Assembly (NCBI GenBank): GCA_965116875.1
Contig: OZ220733.1
Coordinates: 1,056,001 to 1,120,000, forward strand
Source: Candidatus Latescibacterota bacterium
GTDB lineage: Bacteria; Latescibacterota; UBA2968; GCA-2709665
Length of the DNA stretch: 64,000 bases
Reading direction: 5' to 3'
This document shows, in pieces, positions 38,777 through 48,096 of the stretch. Each line of letters starts with the position of its first letter. The stretch's first letter is position 1. Made by a program: the position numbers and the translations under genes. The notes beneath the pieces are model-generated. The model was not told the origin of the DNA. It made no database searches and worked only from the letters and a program-made list of their open reading frames with translations.

Positions 38777-39960
38777 TGGACTCTACCAAGCAGACGTCGC
38801 GTCGAGGCCGGAGCGATGAGTTCGCTGAGGATGATGCCCAGCAGCACAACGGTAATCACGGCGTCCGTCACCTCGGAGCGGTGGATCTGGTGCAGGTTGA
38901 CGACGATGGCCACCGCCATTCCGCCGTGAGAAAGCAGACCGAGGCCCAGACCGCCAAGCGCTCGGGAGCCGGGCAGAAACAGGCGCACCGAAGCGAAGCC
39001 GCCAAGGGACTTGCCAAGGGCCCGTACAAGGACGTAGACGGGCACGAGAGCCAGGAGCCAGACCGATTCGATACGCCACCCGGCGCCCACCAGGATGAGA
39101 AAGATGATGTAGATGGAGTGTTCGCCCCTCAGGAGTACGCTGCGAATGCCCCTCGTTGCGCGACCTCGTGCCAGGTTCGCGACAACGATGCCCGCGATGA
39201 GGTTGACCAGGAGAGGGGACAGGCTGAGATACAGCGCAAGCCCGCCCGAAAAGGTGATGGCGCCCATGACGACCAGCAGCATTTCGTCGTCCTTGAGACG
39301 GTACGCGGTGAGGGCGACAATCAGCAGTCCGACGGCAAGGCCGAGCCCCACCGAGACGCCGATCCATAAGAACGTGGACTCGCCGGCGTGCAATACGGCC
39401 AGGCACGAAATGAGACCGAACGCGGTGAGGCCGACCAGGTCGTCCATGTTCGAGACGTTCGTGAGAAGCCGCATGAGGGGCCGCGCCGGAGACGGCGTGT
39501 TTCGGGAAAACAGCGAGAGGCCGCTGGACGCAGTGCCCGATGCCGCTGCCGCCAGCGTGACGGCGCCGATCACCAGCAGTTCCGTTTCGTGAGAATAGAG
39601 TCTCTGAAAGAGCAACAGGAAGGGGACGGCCACAACCACAATGGTGATCAGGCTCTGGACAAGCGCAACGCCGAAGACCCGACCGGGAAGATGGCTCAGC
39701 CGTCGAAACTCCCATTGAACGCCAAAGAGCATCCCGATCCACGAGAGGCCCATGCCCACGAAGGGATAGAGACCGTCGAGGGTCGACGCGTCCAGCAGAT
39801 CGAGAACGGCGCCGCCGAGGAGAAAGCCGACGATCAGGTATTCGATGCCGGTGAGGAAGATGTTTCTGACGCCGAGAGGCAGGCGGATATGGACGAAACT
39901 CAGGCGGGAACCGACGAAGGCGATAACAACGATCAGGATGGCGGCGAAGACCAGTTTCAT
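38773..39960 (-). CDS. Cation:proton antiporter-like membrane protein (second subunit)
   Basis: About 12 TM; TG-EYL-VGFLLG, MDDLVG, LSPLLVN--AG, R-LGK; overlaps the neighbouring antiporter gene. Confidence 0.78.
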   Translation of the reverse strand: MKLVFAAILIVVIAFVGSRLSFVHIRLPLGVRNIFLTGIEYLIVGFLLGGAVLDLLDASTLDGLYPFVGMGLSWIGMLFGVQWEFRRLSHLPGRVFGVALVQSLITIVVVAVPFLLLFQRLYSHETELLVIGAVTLAAAASGTASSGLSLFSRNTPSPARPLMRLLTNVSNMDDLVGLTAFGLISCLAVLHAGESTFLWIGVSVGLGLAVGLLIVALTAYRLKDDEMLLVVMGAITFSGGLALYLSLSPLLVNLIAGIVVANLARGRATRGIRSVLLRGEHSIYIIFLILVGAGWRIESVWLLALVPVYVLVRALGKSLGGFASVRLFLPGSRALGGLGLGLLSHGGMAVAIVVNLHQIHRSEVTDAVITVVLLGIILSELIAPASTRRLLGRVQ

Positions 39961-40292
39961 GGAGGTTCTCCGCTGTCCGGCCCAAGACGGAAGTCGACGG
40001 GCAGCAGAAAGAGTCTGCCGACCCCGGGCTGCGTGAAGTCAACGCCGGTCTCCCGGAAGAGCCGGATGAGCGGATCGAGAAGAGACCGGTCCTTCAAGGG
40101 TGCGACGATTGCGCTCGAACGGCCGGATCCGGCTGGGAGCAGCCCGGCAAAAATGGGCACGTCCTCGGACAGGATCCGCTCCATGGGGGTGCCGTCCAGG
40201 ACCGTTGCGCCCGTGATTTCCATCTCCACGAGAGCAGAGAGGACCTCGTCGAGAAGGTCTTCACGGTAGAGTGTGATGAATAGCAGATGCAT
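39957..40292 (-). CDS. P-II-like (GlnB-fold) small protein
   Basis: 111 aa; L-EVL-AL----ITGATVLD---M...PIFAG...PG-G--F-LPV pattern. Confidence 0.7.
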   Translation of the reverse strand: MHLLFITLYREDLLDEVLSALVEMEITGATVLDGTPMERILSEDVPIFAGLLPAGSGRSSAIVAPLKDRSLLDPLIRLFRETGVDFTQPGVGRLFLLPVDFRLGPDSGEPP

Positions 40293-40466
40293 GTCGAAGA
40301 AATTCCGCCAGGGGTTGCAGCGGCCGGATCGGGAACGGGGCTTCCCCGCCGGTCCGTCCGCTTCCCACCCCTGCCGCAGACCTTAGCCTCAATTCAAAAA
40401 AAGACAACAGTCAGATTGGCCAAAAAGAGCCTGAATGTGGGTAGAGGGTAGAGGGAAGTAGAAGAA

Positions 40467-40653
40467 ATGCGGGGAGACGGTAGAGGTGAGACGGTAGAAG
40501 AAGTCCTCGCCCGGAATGTATTCCCTCCTTGCCTACGGCACGATCGGAATCCTAACAAGCCAGGCAATCTCTCCCCTCTCCCGTCTTCCTTCTCACCAGG
40601 TGGTGGGGTGGGATGTGTTCCTCTCCCGTCTACCGTCTCACGTCTACCCGCAT
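40467..40653. repeat. Intergenic imperfect inverted repeat built from AGACG(G/T)-type heptamers
   Basis: atgcggggagacggtagaggtgagacggtaga (from 40467) versus tctaccgtctcacgtctacccgcat (to 40653). Confidence 0.65.
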
Positions 40654-40793
40654 CCGAGGGGCCGGGGGAGAGGTCCCGAACATGTCCAGTGACCTGAAGT
40701 ATCCGGATAATCCGCCTTCTAATCGCCTTTATCAACTCGCACATATTCGAATTAACGTTCACGAAAACTTACGAATCAAGGTTAGAAGCTGCT

Positions 40794-41252
40794 TTAAAAC
40801 GGCTCCTGTATGCGGATGATCTCCATGATCTCGTCCGGAGACGCGGCTGCAAGGACCTGCCGCCGGATTTCCTCGCGGTCGAATATGCGGGCGGTGCGGC
40901 CCAGCACGCTCATGTAGGCCGCCATCGATGCTTCGGATGAAAGAATGAGGAAAATCAGGTGTACGGGCCGCCCGTCCAAGCTCTGAAAGTCGATGCCTCC
41001 CCTGGAAATGCCCAACGCCGCGATCACGCCCTCGATCTCGTCCGACCGGGCGTGCGGTATGGCCACGTGCTGGTCCACGCCGCTGGTCTTGATGGCCTCC
41101 TGTTCCAGGATGAGACCGAGAAGTGCGTCGGGGTCGGGCAGACGGACGGACCGGCCGATCAATTCGATCATCTCGCGGATGGCCCCGTCCCGGCCCGGAC
41201 TGGTCAGGTTGAGCCTGATGCGGTCGCCGGCCAATGCGTCGCAAAGTTTCAT
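40794..41252 (-). CDS. PTS EIIA (Ntr/fructose-type) domain protein
   Basis: Start MKLCDAL at 41252; E----TSG----VAIPHARS phospho-His motif, GIDFQSLDGRPVHLIFLI. Confidence 0.9.
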   Translation of the reverse strand: MKLCDALAGDRIRLNLTSPGRDGAIREMIELIGRSVRLPDPDALLGLILEQEAIKTSGVDQHVAIPHARSDEIEGVIAALGISRGGIDFQSLDGRPVHLIFLILSSEASMAAYMSVLGRTARIFDREEIRRQVLAAASPDEIMEIIRIQEPF

Positions 41253-41268
41253 GGCGCTGATTCCCGTT

Positions 41269-42504
41269 TTACCGGACGACAACGGTGGTCGCACGGCGCT
41301 GTGGATCCAGGGCGACGTAGGTTGTGCCGTTCTCAACGAAGAAGGTCCGGTTTTCGAATGCCGCTCTGGTGCGCGCACGCGCAAGCGGTCTTCCGTCCAC
41401 GGACACGGAATGGATATCCCTGCCCGTGAAGCGCAGCGTCAACTCCGGCATGCGCACGGGCAGGTCGAGCGTGACGGTGTTGTCCCTTACGGAAAGTTCC
41501 GCCATCTCGCGCATGATGGCGTACGTGGTAATCTCGCTGCATTTGCGCCACCGGGTGCGTCCGCCGGCCGGATCCCGCTCCTTCAGCCGCCGGACAACGG
41601 TCTTGAAAGCGTTGAATCCCCGGCGGTCGGCGTCGTGCAGTCCGTAAAATCCCTGCCAGTGGCTGATGAGTACCGCGGGATCCCCGGCGTCGATGAGGGC
41701 CGGCAGTCGCCCGCCCTGGAGGTCTGCCGTGATGTATTTGTCGGCGTTGACTTCCCCGTACCCGGTCCAGGACCCCGTCCAGTCGCCAGTACCTGCGATA
41801 ATTTCCCCCATGGCGGTGCCGGCATCGCGGTCCGGATACCAGACAGGGGTCTCCACCGGGCCGTCGGACACGCGTTTGAACAGGTAGGGCGTGGGGTTCC
41901 CCGTGACGCGGCGGCACGCGGCTTCGGCGCACCGCGCGTAGAAGTCGAGCGGATTGCCGAAGCCCCCCGGGGACGTGACGCCGGCGGGGGTCAGACCCAC
42001 GTTCCGGAGGATTTCGCAGGCAAGCGCGATGTAGTCCGTAACCAGTTCCTCCCGGTCGGTGGGCAACTCGTTCCATCCCCATTGCTCCCAGAGGTTGGGG
42101 TCCACCGGCTTCAGCGTCTTCAGGTCCACTACGAACGTGTGGGTCATCATCTCGGGGGTGATGTCGTAATTGGGAACGATAAGCTCCCTGCACATATCCA
42201 GCCAGCTTTCCTGCTGGCCCCTGCTGAAAAGCGGGAGCCCGTGGTCGATTCTCCCGAGCGCCGCCGGGCACGGTACGACGCTGAATTTCCCCTTGACGCC
42301 CTGGTCCAGGCAGTATTCGGCGAATTCCCGCGTAAAGGACTCGGGATGGACGACGGGTACGTCCTCCCAGCGACGGCGCTGACCGTCAATGGGGTTTCGG
42401 TCCCGCATGAAGAAGTAATTCAGATTGACCAGCAGCGTGGAGTCATCAAAGATGATCGAGAGGGGGACGCGATCCAGGGCGTGGCGGGCGATTTCGACGC
42501 GCAT
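41269..42504 (-). CDS. Conserved hypothetical protein (possible polysaccharide-deacetylase-like fold)
   Basis: 411 aa; PLSIIFDDS, GVKGKFSVVP, DITPEMMTH, GVTSPGGFG, SHWQG. Confidence 0.6.
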   Translation of the reverse strand: MRVEIARHALDRVPLSIIFDDSTLLVNLNYFFMRDRNPIDGQRRRWEDVPVVHPESFTREFAEYCLDQGVKGKFSVVPCPAALGRIDHGLPLFSRGQQESWLDMCRELIVPNYDITPEMMTHTFVVDLKTLKPVDPNLWEQWGWNELPTDREELVTDYIALACEILRNVGLTPAGVTSPGGFGNPLDFYARCAEAACRRVTGNPTPYLFKRVSDGPVETPVWYPDRDAGTAMGEIIAGTGDWTGSWTGYGEVNADKYITADLQGGRLPALIDAGDPAVLISHWQGFYGLHDADRRGFNAFKTVVRRLKERDPAGGRTRWRKCSEITTYAIMREMAELSVRDNTVTLDLPVRMPELTLRFTGRDIHSVSVDGRPLARARTRAAFENRTFFVENGTTYVALDPQRRATTVVVR

Positions 42505-42572
42505 CGGGGGGTTCCGTCGGGGCTCTGACCCGGTGAGAAAACCGTTTCGGGTCTACTGACGTGATTGAAATC

Positions 42573-43688
42573 CTAGTCCGTCAGCGCCTCGCCGAGAACC
42601 TGTCTCAGGCGCCGGGCGACGATTTCATCTTCACCGTCTTCCATCATGTAGGGCATGATTTCCACGCCCGTCCCGGTGTGGAAGAGCTCGATGCGCGGAT
42701 CGGAATCAGAGAGTTGCCGCCGGGCTTCTTCCGGTGTAATGCGGACGGTTCCCGCGTCCCAGTTGACGGACAGCACCGGGGCGACGTTCGACCGGCCGGG
42801 CTGGCGGATGCCCGTCGTCAGCGTCGGGATATGCGCGATCGCGCCCTCGATGGTTTCAAGACGGCGCTCCCATTCCTTCCATTCCGCGTCGTGGTCCCGC
42901 CGCACCCACTGTTCCACGGCGGCGAGCAGTCCCATCACTTCCTCCTTGCCGGCTTTCATGGGACGTGCGAGCGCGTGATGCGGTGCGCCGTTCAGGAACG
43001 CGGCGTGCAGGATGTCTCTTCTTCCCAGAACCAGGCCGGACGCCTGGGGGCCCCGAAGGCACTTGCCCCCGCTGTACGCGACCACGTCCACCCCTTCCGA
43101 CAGGTATGGATTCGGGACGTCAGGCCTCTCGGCGGCGGCATCGACGAACGTCGGCACCCTGTGTCTGCGTGCAATGTTGACCATCTCGGGCACGGTGATG
43201 GTACCCCGGTCCGCCGCGTCGCCGAAGATGGCGATCATGGCCGTGGAGTCGTCAACGGCGGCCTCCATTTCACGAGGGGTTGCGACCTCGACGATCTGTA
43301 CGCCCACCATGCGGATGGCGTGGTCGTAGACGTGCCTGTGGGAGGGCTGCGTGATCACCCGGTTCTTCATTCCCGACGTATCGGGCAGACGCTTCATCCT
43401 GTCCGGATCCAGCCCGGCTACGCAGGCAGCCGTAACCTGGCAAAGCGCCGCAGCGCAGCCGCTGGTGACCATGCCCCACTCACATTGCATAAGCTCCGCG
43501 ATCCTGGCGCCCACCCGCTCCATCAGTTCATCCAGGTGTACGTACTCTTTCGATGCCTCGTGAACCGCACGCCGGACTTCCGGCAGCATCAGGGAGCCGG
43601 AGATGATGGTGTAGGTCCCCATACAGTTGATCAGTGGACGGACGCCTATGGATTCGTACGTGGGGTGATGCACGGATGGCGCGGACAT
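42573..43688 (-). CDS. SelA-like / DgaE-family PLP-dependent enzyme
   Basis: Start MSAPS at 43688; GVRPLINCMGTYT-ISGS, VTSGCAAAL, VDAAAE, YSGGKCLRGPQASG, RPMKAGKEE; 371 aa, shorter than bona fide SelA. Confidence 0.85.
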   Translation of the reverse strand: MSAPSVHHPTYESIGVRPLINCMGTYTIISGSLMLPEVRRAVHEASKEYVHLDELMERVGARIAELMQCEWGMVTSGCAAALCQVTAACVAGLDPDRMKRLPDTSGMKNRVITQPSHRHVYDHAIRMVGVQIVEVATPREMEAAVDDSTAMIAIFGDAADRGTITVPEMVNIARRHRVPTFVDAAAERPDVPNPYLSEGVDVVAYSGGKCLRGPQASGLVLGRRDILHAAFLNGAPHHALARPMKAGKEEVMGLLAAVEQWVRRDHDAEWKEWERRLETIEGAIAHIPTLTTGIRQPGRSNVAPVLSVNWDAGTVRITPEEARRQLSDSDPRIELFHTGTGVEIMPYMMEDGEDEIVARRLRQVLGEALTD

Positions 43689-43846
43689 CGGCAGAATCCC
43701 AGGGAAGTATGAAACAGCCTGTGTGGGCGCGGTTCGCCGGCGCCAGGTCCGGCCGGACCTGGCAACCGGTATTAAGAGTCTACAACATGGAGGTTGGGAT
43801 TGCAAGTCCGATGTGGCCTGTAGCCGTGGAGGGCGTCGAAAGGGCG

Positions 43847-43872
43847 AGGGCGCCCACAAGGGACGCCCCTAC
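43847..43872. repeat. Third REP-like palindrome (GTAG type)
   Basis: agggcgcccacaagggacgcccctac; variant of the palindrome at 561-586 and 4321-4346. Confidence 0.75.
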
Positions 43873-43965
43873 ACACGCAACGTGGCCGGGTGATCCGGTA
43901 CCGCGAATTGGCTATTCGCGGCGCGGCCGCATGGGCGAAGGCGTTTGGTCCGTGGTCCGCGGACG

Positions 43966-46900
43966 CTATTCCAGCCGCAGCAGGGTACCGTGAGGTCGGG
44001 TTGTGGCGGGGTGGATGGCGAGGGACAGCATGCCGGCTGCGGTGTCCGCTTCGAGTCCGGTCCGCGTGCCGTCGTCGTGTTCGAGGAAGGCGCGGCGGTG
44101 CGGTGTCCGAATGGAGAGCCGGGCCGGGGTGGTGGTCCTTACCCGGAAGGTGTCCTCCGTGGCCTGTTCGATGGAGAACAGCGAGGGAATCTGCCAGTTC
44201 GTTCCGGCGTTGAAGGGGAATTCGTCCACCTGGATGCGGTTGGCGGCCGCGGACCGGATGCGGTACGCCGTCCAGCAGCCCTGTTCGGGATCCTTTACCC
44301 GGACGAAGTGATCCGCAAGGGTGTCCGGAAACGGGAGCGTTTCGCGCGTCCGGAATCCCTCGCGGTCATGATCGTCGATATCACCCTCGATAGAGGCGAC
44401 GTCGAGGGTGACGGTGAGGTCCGGCGAGGCGAAGCGGGTCGCTTCCGTCAGAAAGAGCGATTTCCGGGCGTCCGGGCATCGCGTGTACACGGCGGCTCGA
44501 CCGGCGAAGACGATATCGCCGAACGCGCGTTCGGTCTGATCGTGGGTATTGATGACCGTGTCGTCGCCCGTCCGGCGACGGATGCGAAGCGCCACCGGTC
44601 CGGCGTCGCTGTCGGGAAGGCAAAGCGGTTGAACCTCGCGGACGTCGGGGTCTTTCCGGAAGTGGTCTATAACGGCCACGAACGTATTGCCGTTCCCGGA
44701 TTCGGCCTTGCGGGCGAAGAGATAGTCGTTGCGCGCGCCGATTTCAGAATGACTCCGCTGCCCGGGGCCTTCACCCACGATGACCTCGTCCGCGGGGGAC
44801 ACCATACGCGCCCGCATGGTCATCCCGTGGTCGGTCCAGGATACGCTCCACCGGTCCGCGGGTCTTCCCGAGCGGAGCCCCTCGATATCTTCGCCGAGTA
44901 CGCCCGGACGTTCCTCCATTGGAATCGGCCGGTCGTGAGCGGGAGGAGAACTGATGCGACCCTCCCCATGGATGGCGTAGTCATGGATCCTGCCGCCCCG
45001 GACGCGGAAGACGTCCACCAGGTACGCGGGTCCCGCGCTCCTGTGGACCAGCGCGCAGAAGCGGCTGTACGTTTCGGCCTGTTCGTACGCCCTGCAGTCC
45101 GCTTCGATAATCTTCGTTGCGGACGACGCGGCCAGCAGGCGCAGGTTCCCGGGAGGCCTTCGGTCACGCGGGAGCTGGTTCTCCTCGTCCAGAACCACCA
45201 GGTTGTGTTTGAGGGTGCTCCGTATGCTCGCGTTGAGCGGATGGTCGCCAATGTATCCCAGGTCGGAAAGGACCTCCACTCCCTCCACGTTCATGGCGAT
45301 GTTCAGGGCATCGGGGTGGTCGTGGCCCTCCGGCTGGTAGAAATCCATCAGAAAGGTGGCCGCTCCGGTGAGATCGGTCCGGAACATGGCGTCGTAGCCG
45401 GTATTGAAGATGGCCAGGAGCCAGCCGGGGAAGAACCGGTCCCGCACGGGCGGCGGCGGCGCGGGTTCGAGTTCCGCGGGCCTGTTGAAGAAGGCGAACG
45501 CGTCGCCCGTGTCCAGTCGCACGAAAGGTGCGAAATCATCGCCCATACGGACGAGACCCACGTTGTGAATCCAGGCGGGATGGGGCCAGTCCGACTTCCC
45601 TTCGCCCGCGTCGGCGGTGTGGGGCAGGCGGCCGTCGGGCAGCGTCATGAGGGTCCGCGCCCGGAGGACGGTGTGGTACGGGCCGCCCGGCTCGTAGAGG
45701 TTGAGGTTGTCATAGCGGTTTTCGCCACGGTACGATGGCGGATCGGAATACCCGTGGGCCAATTCGGGCAGATTTTTAACATTGGCAACCGCGTAGAGGT
45801 AATAGCTGGAGCCCTCGGCGGTGCTTCCGTCGAACTTGAAGAATCCCTTCAGGTAGGGTTCAAAGCCCTCCACGCCCCTGTGCACGTATTCCGGGACGCC
45901 GAGGAAGCGGCCGAGAGCGACTTCGCCCTCGCGGCAGCCCGCGACCTTGTTGTTGATGCCTTCCCAGTGCGTAAACGTGAAGAGACCCTCCACAAGGAGG
46001 TCTTTGACGACGCGGTCGCGTTCCTGTTCCGTCAGATAGAGGCGTCCGTGGCCGTCGGTCTCGTCCCAGAGCAGGTCCAGGGCCTCGGCGAGCATGCAGA
46101 TGAAATGCGCCTCGGACTGAACGCCGCCGCCCGACAGGCGCCCGCAGCCCCAGAACGTCTGTATGAGCCTTCCGCTTTTCATTGGGGAACGGGCGTTCTG
46201 GTCCGGACACGGGTTGACTTCGTACCGGGCGATTCCCCTGTCCTGCGCCATGAGTTCGCAGGCGTAGAGCGGATCGCAGTCCATGTAGGTGTTCCAGTAG
46301 TCGCGGAAGAGATAGGCGGGGTATACGGCGGCAAAGCGTTTCAGGACGGCCGCCGCGGCACGGGCATAGCGACTCTCGCCTTCCATGCGATACAGGATGG
46401 CCAGGTTGCGCGCGACCGCGGGCATGCGGTGGGCTTTCTGCTGCCGGATGGCGCCGCTGTACGAGGAATGGACCCGGCGCCCCGCCCAGCTGAAGGCATT
46501 GCGGCCGGTCGTGAATTCAGGGTCGTTTTTTTCTTCCGGACGAATGTAATAGGTGAGGGTCTGGCCGGAACGCGGCATTTCGAGGCGCCCCTCCTCGGGA
46601 TGGGCTTCGTCGGTCATGATAACGCCGCAGTGGAAACAGACCAGTTTGTCCGGGTCGCGGTCGATCCATCGCATGTTGTACGTGTTGTCCGCGGCGCAGA
46701 CCGGGCAGAATGTCCCGTATATCTGCCCGGGACTCTGATCCGGGACCATCCGGGCGATCCAGGCGTCGGAGCGACCCGCATAGTATGCCCCCAGTTTCAG
46801 CAGTTCCTCGTAATGCCTTTTTGCCCAATCGTGACGGCGCAAGTTCTCGCGGGCGATGCCGAAATTGTCGTCCTTTATGGTCAGGCACGGGTGTTCGACC

Positions 46901-46986
46901 TCGCCGGCGCTCCGACACCAGGCCTCCTTCTTTCCTTCGAGTCGACGCCTGCATTCCCGCTCTTCGCTGCTGTTCCAGGCCGGCAT
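43966..46986 (-). CDS. Heparinase II/III-family polysaccharide lyase-like protein
   Basis: 1006 aa; FKFDGSTAEGSSYY, PDGRLP--AD, GHDHPDALN, DLGY, STLKHNLVVLDE, YLVDVFRVRGG--HDY; N-terminal CxxC...CxxC. Confidence 0.8.
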   Translation of the reverse strand: MPAWNSSEERECRRRLEGKKEAWCRSAGEVEHPCLTIKDDNFGIARENLRRHDWAKRHYEELLKLGAYYAGRSDAWIARMVPDQSPGQIYGTFCPVCAADNTYNMRWIDRDPDKLVCFHCGVIMTDEAHPEEGRLEMPRSGQTLTYYIRPEEKNDPEFTTGRNAFSWAGRRVHSSYSGAIRQQKAHRMPAVARNLAILYRMEGESRYARAAAAVLKRFAAVYPAYLFRDYWNTYMDCDPLYACELMAQDRGIARYEVNPCPDQNARSPMKSGRLIQTFWGCGRLSGGGVQSEAHFICMLAEALDLLWDETDGHGRLYLTEQERDRVVKDLLVEGLFTFTHWEGINNKVAGCREGEVALGRFLGVPEYVHRGVEGFEPYLKGFFKFDGSTAEGSSYYLYAVANVKNLPELAHGYSDPPSYRGENRYDNLNLYEPGGPYHTVLRARTLMTLPDGRLPHTADAGEGKSDWPHPAWIHNVGLVRMGDDFAPFVRLDTGDAFAFFNRPAELEPAPPPPVRDRFFPGWLLAIFNTGYDAMFRTDLTGAATFLMDFYQPEGHDHPDALNIAMNVEGVEVLSDLGYIGDHPLNASIRSTLKHNLVVLDEENQLPRDRRPPGNLRLLAASSATKIIEADCRAYEQAETYSRFCALVHRSAGPAYLVDVFRVRGGRIHDYAIHGEGRISSPPAHDRPIPMEERPGVLGEDIEGLRSGRPADRWSVSWTDHGMTMRARMVSPADEVIVGEGPGQRSHSEIGARNDYLFARKAESGNGNTFVAVIDHFRKDPDVREVQPLCLPDSDAGPVALRIRRRTGDDTVINTHDQTERAFGDIVFAGRAAVYTRCPDARKSLFLTEATRFASPDLTVTLDVASIEGDIDDHDREGFRTRETLPFPDTLADHFVRVKDPEQGCWTAYRIRSAAANRIQVDEFPFNAGTNWQIPSLFSIEQATEDTFRVRTTTPARLSIRTPHRRAFLEHDDGTRTGLEADTAAGMLSLAIHPATTRPHGTLLRLE

Positions 46987-47343
46987 GGGACCCCCTTCTC
47001 AAGCTGCGGATTGACCTTGCGCAGATTGCACGTCGCCTTCCGTCGCGGCGGCGCTGCCTCGCATGCAAAACGTCTTTACCACCGACCGTCAACCGGTCGG
47101 AAAAACCAAAATGAGGACGAAGTCCGCCCATGTCAAGGGGAAAGCACGATTCATACGGATTCGGGACCCTTGTCCGCGCCCGGCCCGGAAGCGAATGCGG
47201 TTATCGTGAATCAAGGAGTTTTATCTTGTTGAAAATAAATAATATGTACAGATTAATCGTGACGAGGCTTGCAGCCGGGCGCGCCACGCGGGCTTTCCCT
47301 TTCAGGAATCGGAAACCCGTACTGAAAAATGATTCAAAAAAGG

Positions 47344-47372
47344 TTGACAATTGAATAAAAAAGAATTATTAT
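47344..47372 (+). promoter_or_regulatory. Sigma70 promoter of the cold-shock gene
   Basis: TTGACA-N17-TATTAT, about 125 nt upstream of the csp start (long 5'UTR, typical of csp genes). Confidence 0.8.
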
Positions 47373-47503
47373 GCATCAACGAGAAGGATGAAGTTTCTGT
47401 CTCCTTTGCAGTCCTGAAGTATGTCTGGCAAGGATCAGAAGTTCCGGTCCTTGCCGTTTTTGGTTTTTTGTCGGTTTCTAACGTTGAAAGGTGGTGAAGC
47501 ACT

Positions 47504-47713
47504 GTGCCGGAAGGTCGAGTGAAGTGGTTCAACGACGCCAAAGGTTACGGCTTTATTGAGAGGGATGAAGGCGAGGATGTCTTTGTGCATTTTTCGGCTA
47601 TTCAGGGTGAGGGATTCAAGTCGTTGACGGAAGGTGAAGTGGTTTCCTTTGAAGTCGTGCAGGGGCCCAAGGGCTACCAGGCTGCGGAAGTCGTAAAGCT
47701 GGGGCAGGACTGA
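47504..47713 (+). CDS. Cold-shock protein (CspA family)
   Basis: [32 protein letters not shown]. Confidence 0.97.
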   Translation: MPEGRVKWFNDAKGYGFIERDEGEDVFVHFSAIQGEGFKSLTEGEVVSFEVVQGPKGYQAAEVVKLGQD

Positions 47714-47765
47714 CCCGTTGCCGCGGTTCGTTTTTTTCCTGTAAATCCTCAATAGATGCATCCGG

Positions 47766-47799
47766 AGGGCGTCGATTTAAGAATCGGCGCCTTTTCTTT
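47766..47799 (+). terminator. Intrinsic terminator after csp
   Basis: agggcgtcgatt-taag-aatcggcgcctt followed by a T-rich run. Confidence 0.75.
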
Positions 47800-48096
47800 G
47801 TTGTGACCGAATAAGGCGGTTGGCGATATCAATCGTCAATGTCCGCACTGTTGCGGTTGGCAACCACAAGGGTTGGCCTGCAGATCCGGATTCGCCCCGG
47901 GGAAGGCGGGTTCTCCGTGCCAATCCGTCCGGTACTTAAAGATAATCTTGATATTGTACACGACAATCCCTTACATTTAAAGGAGTCCGGGGAGGACTCG
48001 GGCAGCCCCTGGAACGCCTGGACCGGGGTTTGCGTCGTCGCCCGGGAAGCGGACAACCGGCTTTTTCTCTCAACGCCCCAGACAGGGTCGCGCGCT

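Noticed and set aside
42573-43688. Calling this gene selA to pair with Sec-SelD
   Set aside because: Too short, and its motifs fit the SelA-like/DgaE family; no selB or selC nearby.
43945-47232. 1095-aa plus-strand ORF
   Set aside because: Antisense shadow of the heparinase-like gene; no recognisable motifs; expected in high-GC DNA.
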